From assembly GCA_965113315.1 (NCBI GenBank), contig OZ220366.1: 64,000 nucleotides of DNA, one strand, 5' to 3'. This stretch comes from Podarcis vaucheri (Eukaryota). Below the pieces are notes generated by a model. It saw only the letters and a list, made by a program, of their open reading frames with translations. It did not search any database and had not been told where the DNA came from. This document shows positions 1 to 12,300 of this stretch, piece by piece. Position 1 is the first letter of the stretch. The number at the start of each line of letters is the position of its first letter. Made by a program: the position numbers and the translations under genes.

Positions 1-449
1 TAGAGAATTTCTGAATGTGCAAGCCTGCCCTGTTTTGGGGAAAGAGTGATGCGGGTGTACACTTTATGTTACCCAACATCCTCTTACAAAATAGATACAA
101 GGACAGCACAGTTGAAACTTTGAGTCACAACTGACCGACAGTGCCAAATCAGGACCAGATCTGCAAGAAATTCAAGGTTCAGATAAGAGGACTTGTATTG
201 TGCTACATATGTTGGGATCAAGAAACAGGTGTGTGTATTTGAAATGAGGGGATCTACTCAGCCAAAGTTAAGGCCTGCCTAAGTCTCATCAGTTTCAATA
301 GGCGACCTAAACATGGGCTGGAACGTGCTTTCGGAATTTTAAGAATGCTTAGGCTTGCCTGGGTTGTGGTGATGTTCTTTCGTTAGCCAAAGGCAACAGT
401 CTATACTGAAAGAGACCAGGATAGCCACACGCAGCCATGACAACGCTAT

Positions 450-2864
450 TCCAATATTTTCCCCCGTATTGTTTTATTTGACAGGCATTTACAACGTTCC
501 ATTCATATACCTAAAAACATAAAAATAGACCTTCTTTCAGCTTATAAAAGAAATATATAAGAACCTTTGACATTGACAGTTCATGACGTTATGTACAAGA
601 ACAATGGCACCCTCCAAGTACAGGACGTTCAGCATTTGACAAGCTTATTGTATTCTACTGGGGACAGCTAAAACATTGTCATGTCTAATAAATTGGTACA
701 CAACCGACTTGAATTTAAATATAGTGAGATAACACAGGGTGTAAAAACCTTGCTAAAGCTTTTTAAGAAAACAATGAAGAGATTGCAAAAGTTAAAGACA
801 ATAAAACTTTCAAAACACTGAATATAGTGCGGGTGAGACTCCAATATTGGCTGGGACACAAGGCAGCTGGTGCTGCCGCCCGGTAACATTTTCCATTCAT
901 GTCTCAAAATATAGCCACAGCTGATTGTATAAAATAGAATCCCTAAAGCTATTATAAAATTTTAGGCTTTCAGCGTACCTACTAATGTGTCAAACATCAA
1001 TAGATACAAAAATGATCCCTTCAAAAAACCCGAAACCAAACAACAAAACTCTCTCCCCCCTTTTTTTTCGCAGATCAAAACTAAAATGGGAAAGCTATAT
1101 AAATATTTAAACAGAAAAAAGTGCTCTTTAAAAATTATTTGGAAATCTTTAAATTTCGGTCACAACTTTACCCTGTTACAGATGTTTAAATAAGAATTTT
1201 TTAATTGAAAAAAAGAAGAAGTTTTATTGTTCAGAACATTGCTCATATTCCACAGTGGGTTGGGGCAGGGGAGCAATCAATAAGTACACTGATATCACAG
1301 AGGATAATAATAGGAGGAGGTCAGGTTTTTTGGCCACAAAATGTTCAATTTTTCCTGAGCCCTAACTTCATCAACCACAGAGGATCAAACTCATCCTAGA
1401 TGCAGACTGTCTATTCCAACAGAATTTACAGCAGGGATTAATTTAACCCTCTTGGTTTCTCAGCTATTTAATGACATTGCTAACTTAATTCCAGTCTCAA
1501 ATATGTACAGCTGTCCAGTTTTATATTTATTTTACAAAAAGGAAAAAAAAGATTATCCCTAAGAGTTTCCAGTTTAGAATTATACTATAAAACCAACATC
1601 CTCAACCCTTTCTAAAAGGGTTGCTTTACATCCTAGAGTTGGAACGAAAACACAATCTCATGTACCTTTACTCGGAAACAAGTCCTGCTGTGTCAAATGA
1701 GACTTAGTCCCTAGCAAGTGTGCATAAGATTGCAGGCTAACACTGTAAAATTCCCATCCCTTTGTGCCCTTGCATTTCAGGTAAAATACAAAAAATATCT
1801 TTTTCAAGTGTTAAATTTGGATCTCTTTTTCAAATAAAAAAAGAGTTTGGCATTGTTATAATTTTTTTCTTTAATGTAAAACTAGAACTTCCAACGTTGA
1901 CATTAAATCAGACTAGCCACAGACCAAAGAGAACTCGGCACAACATAAATTCCAGATTTTCCCTCACACATTCCTAAAATATACATAGTGTTGCTGGATC
2001 CAGAGATCCTCCCTAGGCGACAGTAAGCTTTGTGAATGCTACTGTGTACAAGTACCTCCCATGCCAAACAAACGCTTGGTGTTGTCAGTACTGATCACTT
2101 GTGAAGGGATGGGGGAAAGGGGAGGCTGGTTCTGGTTCCTCCCCAAGCAAGTGACTGGACCATTCCGAGCTGACAGCCCCAAATATCTGTTCAGCAGTGC
2201 ATGCGCAGTGCAGCTCCACCCCATGCATACCCCTGGGTACTGAATGAAAGATTTTTTTCCCCTCCACTCAAACGCAAACCATGGCATCCCATAAATTAGG
2301 GAAGTCCATGCACTGATGTCTGCTTCTTGGCATGGAACTCCCTTGCTGGAGGAGAGTGAGAAATGTTGACGTTTAAGGGGGATATAAGAATACTGCAGCC
2401 TGAAAGAGTTATTCCTTGCAGCTTCCTTGCTTAAGATGAACCCATGATTGACATGTCACATATAAAATTTGTTTGCTGCTTGTGCTATCAACTTAAGCAA
2501 ATTTGATGCATTATTATTATTATTTTTAAAAACCACATACACACAACCACAGCAATGTGTATTCTAGTAAGATCTATGCATCACATTTCAATATGCAGCG
2601 CCTGATTAGTTTCGAATAAATAAAGCCCTTGGTAATGTACAGAGAAGGACTCAAGCTCATTCCAGTTTGTTTTGCTTCCCCCTCCCCTGTTACGCATTAC
2701 CTTAAAGGAAAAGAGAAAGTGGGGGAGGCTGTGTGGTTTCAACCAGTTTAGCTGCCATAACTGTATGTGCAAGTGTGCATTCCATAGGGTCATTCTCCAC
2801 AATGTGTAAGGGGTGGGGGTTGGGGGCACATCTATGCCTACCATCTAATGAGAAAGTGGCAGCT
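450..2864 (-). other. TIAM1: TIAM1 3' UTR (about 2.4 kb; distal end approximate)
   Basis: Follows the stop codon; AU-rich; AATAAA on the minus strand at 473-478 followed by a GT-rich tract; several miRNA seed matches. Confidence 0.7.
473..478 (-). terminator. Distal polyadenylation signal AATAAA
   Basis: Plus-strand tttatt; minus-strand context TGTAAATGCCTGTCAAATAAAAC has an upstream UGUA and a downstream GT-rich element. Confidence 0.65.
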
Positions 2865-3349
2865 CTAAAGCTCAGTGTTCAGTTTCCTTGGTGGTACGAA
2901 ATCTTCACGGCGGACCCAGATGACCTCTTCACTGTTGCCTTCCATGCTGCCATTAATTCCAGAGAGAGCAGCTTGCTTCTTTAGCTGAGTCATTCTGGAC
3001 GCATGCGTCCCCAAAGCAAACCGCACTTTGTCGCCTCGGCACGACTGGCTGCTTGTAATGGAAGCCGCCTGTAGCTGCTCCTGAAGTTCTTTTTCCACCA
3101 TGGTGCTCCGCAGAGGCTCGCAGTATTCTTCGTCGTCACTGAGAATGTCGGTTTCTTTAATGTCCTCTTGCTCTTCGTACTGGCCGAGGTCAAACTGTTC
3201 TTCTACCCAGCGGTCAGTGTCCTTGTTGTTGGAGGCCTGCTGGGGCTCTTTCTCAGGACTGCTGGCGAACACGGCATCTGAATCAATGGTAAATCTGTTT
3301 CGAGCCAGCCTCCGCCGCCGCCTCCCAAGAGACTTGCTTGGGGCAGACA
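2865..3349 (-). CDS. TIAM1: TIAM1 last coding exon ([14 protein letters not shown]...RKLNTEL*)
   Basis: acag|TG acceptor, TAG stop at 2865-2867; within ORF 2865..3461. Confidence 0.96.
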
Positions 3350-6300
3350 CTGTGTGCACACACAAAAATAAAACCCCAGATGCTTTTACAAACAATTGGT
3401 TACAAAACACTTCCCCCCAGAATTTGGCTTCCAAATCCTTTTTCACAATTATATTAGTCAAGGGTCAGCTGCCAAGAAGAAGGTTGGGCAACACCAACGT
3501 TTTCTGTGCAGGCAACTCGAATTTTAGACAGTTTCTGGGAATTATAAATTTTGCCAGTGACCTTTGAGAAATCTGGCCTCCAGCAGCTCCTCACTCTAGG
3601 ATAATGGACCCCATTTTGTTGCCTGTTTGCTTTTCGTGCCAGGGCCATAGTGACAAACAGCCAATCCTGCTTTGTGGAAAGGGTGGTTGGTATTTAATGG
3701 TCCTCCATCTTTGCAGCTCTATTATTCTATGGCACAGGTTGGGAACCTTTTGTCAGCCTGAGGTGCCATATGCCCTCATGGGAAGACTTCCAGGGTCTGC
3801 CTGCCAGAGATGGCAAGAGGCAAAAATGGCTGCAGTAGCAGAAGTGACTCTTACTTTGGTACATACAGTGGGTTGCATTCTAGCCATGCAAAAGGCAGAG
3901 GTGCGGAGCTACGCTGGTGAAGGGTGTGGCCTGATGGAAGGACTGCAGCTTGCGGAGAGTTCCAAAGGCTGGATTCAGAGGCTTGGCGTTTGGCCCGCAG
4001 GCTTGAACTTTCCTGTTCTAAGATCTCCTTAGAGGGAAAACATGCTTTCCCAAGAATTCTGCATGTCTTGCAGTGAATGCCATAGCTTTTGATGGGGGGA
4101 TGCATTTCTGCACCCAGAAGAAACAAGCAATGGGAGATGCATGAAGAAATGCTGTTCAATAAGATTCTCTGACACATGCACCTCCCCTTCAAACTTCAGG
4201 CCATTCACTACATGACAAATGGTGTCCATGCTCAATAGGTCTCTGATGAACTGAAGCAACCAAAAATGCCCCGTGTGTAAATGCAGACCACCCTACTTTC
4301 TTATGAAATGGACCAAAAAAATGTATTTAAGGAAGGAACCAATTTCCTATTCCTTCTTGCTTAATTGTGAGCTTAAGAGGGGAAAGTGAGTTAAGGTTAT
4401 ACTCTCCTCCCCAGAAGTCCGCATAGCACAGGCTAAGTATGGATCAGATCCAGAGATTGTAGGGAACTGATAATGAATAGATGCTAAAGAAGACTGTACA
4501 AGTCCATGGATGTGTGTCTATTCCAAAGGAGAAGCAAACCCCTTTGGTCATTCTCAAGGTCTTCCCAGCAACTGTGTAGCTATTCCAGTACAAGTTGCTT
4601 GCTTGTGAATTAGGCTCAAACCTAATTCTAAGCTGTTTGATACTTAACCACCAATCAGAAACACCCCTAAACCTGACATCATAAAGTTAACAGTCAGGCT
4701 GTAGAATTTTAAAGTGGAGAAAAAGGTAGAGCATTACACAGTTCCTGCTCTCTTGAGACAAATGTTCTGCTATTTAGGAACAAAAGGAGTCAGCAGGAAA
4801 TTAAGGGAGCTCTACAGCAGAAAGGAAAACGCCAGTTTGTTTTTCCTCAGCACTCATAACCAGGCCTCTGAGGTGCAGAGTATTGCACAAAAAGTCCTGC
4901 TGTGAATATTATTGGTCTGTTACAAAAGAGGTAAAAATACCCAGGATACATGGTTAATTTTTCACTTAGATCCAGGATAAAAATCCCGTAAAGCTCCATA
5001 TTTTGCTTTTTTCTTGAAGACAGCACAACTTTTCCTCTCTACTCTGTCCCACAATTATACGCTTTCCAGTTTGTTAGTTTGCTGAAGGTCAACTGATAAT
5101 GTGATAATGCAACCACCTGCCCTAAGTCATGGGAAATACAGGTAGTCCCCACCCCCAAAAGGCAGCCTATGAAATAAATAAAAGATGGAGACAGAAGCTG
5201 AAAAGTCAGCAATTTCCCTCTTGCTTCAAGGTCTACTACTAAATTGTGTAGGCATGGATCCACCTTACAAGGGGTCTTCTAAGGACAGAGACACTTGCCT
5301 TCCTAAACGTAAATGTCTGCCTATTGGTAACACATCTGATGGACTAGTAAATAACCCCACCTGGATAACTTTCAAGCTTGAAAGGTTCTTGCCAAAGTAC
5401 AATCCCCCACACCCTGAGCAATGTGCTTTTAAAGGAAGAGTGAGATTTGAACTCATGAGGAACATGAAAGCACCACCACCATTTTGCACAAATAAAGAAC
5501 TCAGGCGTGTCTTACAGCGGTGGTTGGGTTACCGGGATCTTGAAAAGCTGTAACCCTACAGTACCTGCCCTGTTCATAGCTGGCCTTGCACCTTTTAAAG
5601 CACTGAGTCTTTTTCCTCCAAAAGGAACATACTGCTGGGATGAAGGCAAACTTTCAGTTTTAAGAAGCTGCCTTCTGTGCTTGTCGCGTAATATTGAGTG
5701 AATAGACTTCAGAAAGTCCTTCCGATGATCTGGGGAACTAGATGAAAGAAAGGAAAAAAGGAACACAAGTAAGGCACCAAGCTAGCAAAACTGTTTGCAT
5801 TTGCATTCTATTTATTTAACTTAATTTGCTGTATAATGTTGCAAGCTGCTGTACAATCTTAAGTGAGTTCACCCTCACAAGAATCCTGTTAGATCAGCCA
5901 CTGTTCTAACACTACAGACCGGGAGCTAAGGAGCAGAACAATGTCAAGGCCACAGAAAGACCCTGGCAATGATCAGAATCAAACCCAGGTCTTCCAGTTC
6001 TATGCCCAGCTTTCCTCAACATTATCTAGTCCTCTGTGTAACTATTGATCTGTTCATTCATCTTTTGTTGGCTGCTCTTGGCTGTGGCTTTCAGAGTGGC
6101 TTACAATAAACAGTAACAATAAGCTTCATTACAAGAGTCAAATATATTTGTATATTTAAAAACAGCACTCTCTTACCTACAACAAAGGTGGAATGACCTC
6201 TCTGGCCTGCCTTCAGACTCAGATTTCACATGAACAATCTCACAGACAGAATTGGCCTCTGCGTCTAGAAGGAAGATAAAAACACTTTAAAAAAACCCAG

Positions 6301-9300
6301 TGTTTTGAATTTTCATGGCTACTACGGCCATCCCCCGTGACTGACAAAAGGGAGAGCTATGCAAGATTCACCAGAACTGTGTGAGCATCAGCTTCTAAAG
6401 ACTGCACCAAATGAGAGTTTGGGTACTTCCAGAGGAGCCACAGGCTGCACAATCCACATTTTAAAGCAAAGAGAATGAAATAAGAGAACAGCCTTTGGGA
6501 TGATCTCTTATTGCTTATTCTGGGGCTTCAAGGGCAACATTGCCAGTCGTAAGTTGTACTCTTGAGCCTGCATGTTACAGCACAACAGAGAAAAGAATTG
6601 TAGGCTCACTTGCCACAAAACTATTCCGCTATCTGTTTTTAGGGCTTCATGCAGCTTCTCTGCTTGCTAGTGGGCTTCCAGCTGTTCAACAAGATTCAGC
6701 TTTCACCAGAGTGAACCTAACAACTCATACAGCCAGGCCACATGCAGTGTACACCAGCAGCGCATATTAGGAATACTTGTTTCATGCACTTCAAAAAAGT
6801 GTCTCTCTATTTATTCTCCATGACAGCAGTTTCTGGAGATCAGATCAGACAATAGAATTTTTGTAGACCGATATGCAGTACTACAAGACAAGTGAGTTGC
6901 AATCAAGGAAGGACCAGATGAACATCAATGCTGACCTAAACCACCTTCCAAGTTGGAAACACAATCTGGCAGCTTGAGGTTTAAACCTTTCTTTATATAT
7001 GTAGGAAATGAACGGTGGTTTGCTTGTTTTAATGGTTGGTCAGCAACATGAAGCCACTGGTTAAAAGGGATTGGGAATGCTCTGAAATAAGAAAAACTAA
7101 CATTGCTATAGCATAGGACCCAGTCGTTCCCAGAAAGTCTTTTGAGTGACTCAAGCTCAGCAGTGATCAACCTCAAATAAGGCTGCCTTGCATGCCTAAA
7201 CAAGCATTTCACTGAACATGGCAAATGAGGCCTGGGATCATGGCAGGATGATTCATTCAGTGCTCAGAAGAATGGCTTTGAGTGGCTTACAGAATATTAA
7301 AGGAATCAGTCACAATACTCCATCAAAATAAAAAATTTAACAGGCAAAGATTTAAGCCATTTCCTCTTTTAAAATCAGTCAAAATTTAGGCAAAGGTTTG
7401 CTGACATCTCTCACTTATGTGGCGGCAGCAGGGAGGCCATCCCTGAGCAAGATGTCTCAGCACCACCAAGGTGTTACCACCACCAAAGAGGCTCTAGAGT
7501 TAATGGTGAACCACTGCAATTAAATGGCAGGGTACCTGCTTCCTCAAAGGATCTGGAAGCACAAAAACTGGGGAGGCTTCCTTCAGTACATAGGTCATGT
7601 GGGACATTTAAGGTTAAAACCAGAATAATGAACTGCAGTCAGAAAGAAGTAATTAATCCATGTTTTTGGAGTGAAATTATATGGGTTCTACACTCGTGCC
7701 AGTGTTAATAATGAATTTTGGAACCATGGTATTTTACAAACTTTTTTCAAGGGCAAGCCCACACAGAGTTCACTACAGCAGAGATAGTGTGTTTTAATTT
7801 CAGGAGAAGCTGAACAGCCACATTTGCCACACCAAAAGGCATAGTATGCTAGACAGTTGCTGTATTTTTTCAGTCTTTCATTTGGTTTTACATCGAAGAG
7901 TCTGTTGAGGTTATTTTCTATTTTTCTGTTGTTGGAACTTGCTTTTATTTGCTCCATTTTTTGTACGTATGTTTTGGTACCTGCCTTGAATGTCTGGGAA
8001 AGCACAAAGGTTTTTAAGTAAGATAAACACATCATGGATGTTGGCTCATATTATGGCTCTTATGATCTGTATTGTTTTCTTGGTACTGTTGCTGTGGGTT
8101 GGTTTGTCATGATCTTTGGCTAGAACAACAAACTTACATTGTAGTAAAAAAATAAATTAAAAGCAGATCCAAACACAAAGAAAAATGTTTGCTTGCTACC
8201 TGCGCTTGCCGGTGCCCGAACTTGCAGAGCTTCTAAAGGAATCATGTGACGGAAACGGAATGGGTCTGAGTCTTCGTATATTGAAGCCCTGTGTGATCCT
8301 CCCTATATAAGAGCAGGGAGAGAACCATGCCTATTATTATTTTTATAGCACTGACTTCACACCTGTGGTCTGAAGTATCCACAGAAATAAAGCTAATGAA
8401 ACTCTTTCCTACGAATGTGTTTTCCCTTTCCTTTAGCAATCTATCTCTGCCCATTTCTTAAGAATAATGTTGCTAGCCAGCACTGCATTCAGGTTTCTTT
8501 CATTCCACTTGCCTGGGAATGAAAGGCAATCACTCCTCTGTTGACCACCTCCCCATCCCACAGACCTGAGAAAACTTTAGGTTCAAATATCTCACAAATA
8601 CTATTTGTCGGTTTTATTTTGCAATGTGGTGTACTGTCCATAGTATACTGTTTGCAGCTTCTTCCAGATCTGGGAACTGGTAATGACTTATCAAAGTCCG
8701 CTCAGCTTCTCTCAGCTAGTAAAGTACTAAGGCAGTGTTTCTCAATCTTTTTCAACCCATGCCCTCTTTTAACTAACATTTAAATCCCATACCCCCTTCA
8801 AACCTGGCTCCCCTAATTATTTTATTTGAATTTTCAAAAGGATTAAAACACTCCTGGCCCTCCGATCTACAATAGTCCCCCCCAACGCCCCTCCACATTT
8901 GAGAAACACTGCACTGTACAATGCAAGGTGTGCAATGCATTGTGTAGTTGCTGACTATGTCCAAAATAGCAACTGCAAGTGCCTGCAATGATTCTGAAAA
9001 TGCCATATGAAATTGAGGAGAGCTGCTTAATATAAGCAACAGTTGTGCTCAGTTCCTTCAAAAGAATTGGGGTGAGGTGCACTGTCCACCTCAAGTTGCC
9101 CATCTGACTTTACTGGAAGTCACCTGCGATGTTGCCTATCCATTGGGAGGCTACCTTTGAAGGATAGCATTGTGCCCCTCAAAGGCATCCTTTGAGGGGC
9201 ACAGCTTCCCAGCTGAGATGCAACCTGTGAGCACAATGCTATCTGTACACTTGGAGGTGGCATGCTTCTGAATACGAGCTGCTGAAACAAACAGGAGGAA

Positions 9301-12300
9301 AGAGCGCTGTTCCACTCAGATCCTGCTTTCTGGGTTTCTCGCAAGCATTTGGTTGGCCACTGTGAGAACAGGATGCTGTCCTAGACGGGCCATTGATCTG
9401 ATACAACAGGGCTCTTCCTGTGTTCTTAAAGCTAACAGAAAGATGGAGTCCTTCAAAGGCAGCCCGGCTTCTGCCTCCACATCCCTTCCTGAGAGGTGAC
9501 TTCACATGTGTAAGTCTATCTACTGGGAACTGCAAGGAAGCTTCAGCATGTGTTGGTTTTAAAGGAGTTACTGATAGTGTTATTTACTGTAATAGAATAA
9601 CTTACCAATTTTTTCTTCTGTTTGGAGCCATCTTTATAGACAAGAACCACAGCAGTTTTGAATACTAGAGAGGGACCAAAATATAGAGAAAACCAGTAAT
9701 TTGTAGCATGGAATAGATGGTTAAGTCAAAGGAGTGGGAAAAGGGGAGGTGGATACATCCCCAAGTACATATCCCATGCACCCAAACAACTAAGTTTATG
9801 CTTGGAAATTTCAAATGATTATCACATCATCATCATTTTCGTATTTATACCCCACCCATCTAACTGGGTTGTCCCAGCCTCTCTGGGCGGCTCCCAAAAT
9901 ATATAAAAACATAATAACATTATCATTGAAATATTTTACAATAAAAAACATGGTTGGGAAATATTATCATATGTAATGCTGATACATTAGCTTTCAAAAC
10001 AATATAGTGATGGTGGGGGGTTATGAATGCAAAACATTAAAAAGACATAGCTTATTAAAAATATGAAATAATTTATACTACCTAGAATAGATGCTGACAA
10101 AATCAAGTGTCAGTACACTGTTTCCCCCCCACCCCAACTGCTACAGATATATTATTATACCTTTGCATGCAAGTATTCTAAATCATGCATGCAAGTATTC
10201 TAAATATATCTCAATCTACTGGTATATCTCTGATTGGTTTGCAGTAAATAGGCATGGATTTCTGACTTCCCCTCATCCTAACATTATATTCCTGAAATGA
10301 AGAAAGATTAAGGTAAACAGGAATGGGTTTGAGCATGGAAGGAGTGTGAGCACCATTCAGCTCTGATACCGAAAGCAAATTTATGGAATTTAATACTAAA
10401 TTCATGTCTTTTGCATTAGGCTCTGGTTGGTGGATCTAAGTAAGGGCTCTAATAAAAAACGAAGCACATCTCACAAACCTGAAGTCTGCCCACCATACTT
10501 CTAGATAATAGCTTTATATTAAAACATTACAGACACTTAAACTGGTTATCATCAAACTACATATTGTGGGAATTATTTTATGCATTATAATGGGATTACT
10601 CCAGAGCAAGCAGTTTAATGATTACCAGTTAATTTTCTTGATTGAATAAGGTTCCTATAAGCAATCAACATAATAGTAGCTCATATATTTAAAAAGGACA
10701 AAATTCAGTGAATAAAGTCCCAGATATCCATAAGTTACAAAGCCAATGTATTACTTCAAAAGAGTTTTTTTTAAAATCCATGCTGCTAATCTTATTAAAT
10801 TGTCATGCATTCCTAGTTCATCTGCAGGCAATTAATTCTGCCACACTGCTGTGCTAAGGAAAGGAACCAGCATCAACATTTACATGGGAGTAAAATGTAG
10901 GCCAATAGCCCTGATGGATCTAAATTGAGGATGGAAGGAGAAACTGGTTGATCATGGTTAGACACCATTTTCAACCAGAGCAGACTGGGCTCCTAAATTT
11001 ACATGACTGACACGTGAAGAGTAATTTTCAGGATGTGCTGATTCAGTTCAGCCAAAACCTATAAGCTCATGGTACCCATGCCTAAGGGACGCGGGTGGCG
11101 CTGTGGGTTAAACCACAGAGCCTAGGATTTGCTGATCAGAAGGTCGGCGATTCAAATCCCCGCTACGGGGTGAGCTCCCGTTGCTCGGTCCCTGCTCCTG
11201 CCAACCTAGCAGTTTGAAAGCACGTCGTCAAAGTGCAAGTAGATAAATAGGTACCGCTCCGGCGGGAAGGTAAACGGTGTTTCCGTGCACTGCTCTGGTT
11301 CGCCAGAAGCGGCTTAGTCATGCTGACCCGGAAGCTGTACACCGGCTCCCTTGGCCAATAAAGCAAGATGAGCGCCGCAACCCCAGAGTCGGTCACGACT
11401 GGACCTAAAGGTCAGGGGTCCCTTTACCTTTACCCATGCCTAACCTACTCACAATACAGAGGCGATTTCATGAACTATACATTCCACATGGCAAGAGGAG
11501 CAATTTTGGTGCATGGAAGTCCTGTGGCACAACAGACACTACTTTTTTTTTAGGGGAAGGTACTTTTTCTTGCACTTACTGTTTATTGCTAAAGTAGTTT
11601 ACATTTAAGCACTGGCCTGGTAGTCCACCTCTAGCAGCAAGGACTCCTATGCAGGCCAAACAGCAGGGATAGAACACTCTGCACCTCCCCTTTGCTTAGC
11701 ATAAAAGCCAAGCTACCAGAAGAAGAAAGCCCCCTCTTCTGTGCCCAGCACAAAAATTTAGCAGGCTGCTGCAAGCGGAACACAGCTCCTCATTTCTCTT
11801 CTGCCAGGCCCCAGCACTGTTGCAAGCTAGCAACTTTTGTGGGCTTATTTGCAAGGCTGTGTTAAAGCACTAACCTGGAATGGTAGGAGACGCCCCTGGA
11901 GCTGTGACCCCAGAAACAATCACTGGCAAATTCTGCCTAAGTTCTAAATGAAAACTATCATTTGCTTTGTTTTGGGGGGGGGAAAGCACATACCAAATGC
12001 TGCCAATTCAGGTTCCTTTTTCCACTTCCCAAGCGATGTGGGAGGATTAAGCCAGATGACTGTGGTGTGCAAAAGTAAGTCTCCCATAGAAAGATCTGCA
12101 ACCTGCCAACCAGAGAAACGCAGATAGAAAAGAAACGTCAGTGTGCATTTTAAAAACTGGTTTCATAAAATTATTGACACTGAAGCATGCAGGTGAATTC
12201 TTGTAATGGGATTTTAAAATGATGGCTTTGCAAGTCTAAACAAAAGAAATGCTTCAAAAACTGCAACGTGTGTCAAACGAAGGCCTGGAGGAGCAGATCT

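Noticed and set aside
3100-3567. 155-aa plus-strand ORF (similarly 55567..55953, 48677..48979, 13227..13514)
   Set aside because: Antisense shadows of real TIAM1 exons; no independent gene structure or recognisable homology.
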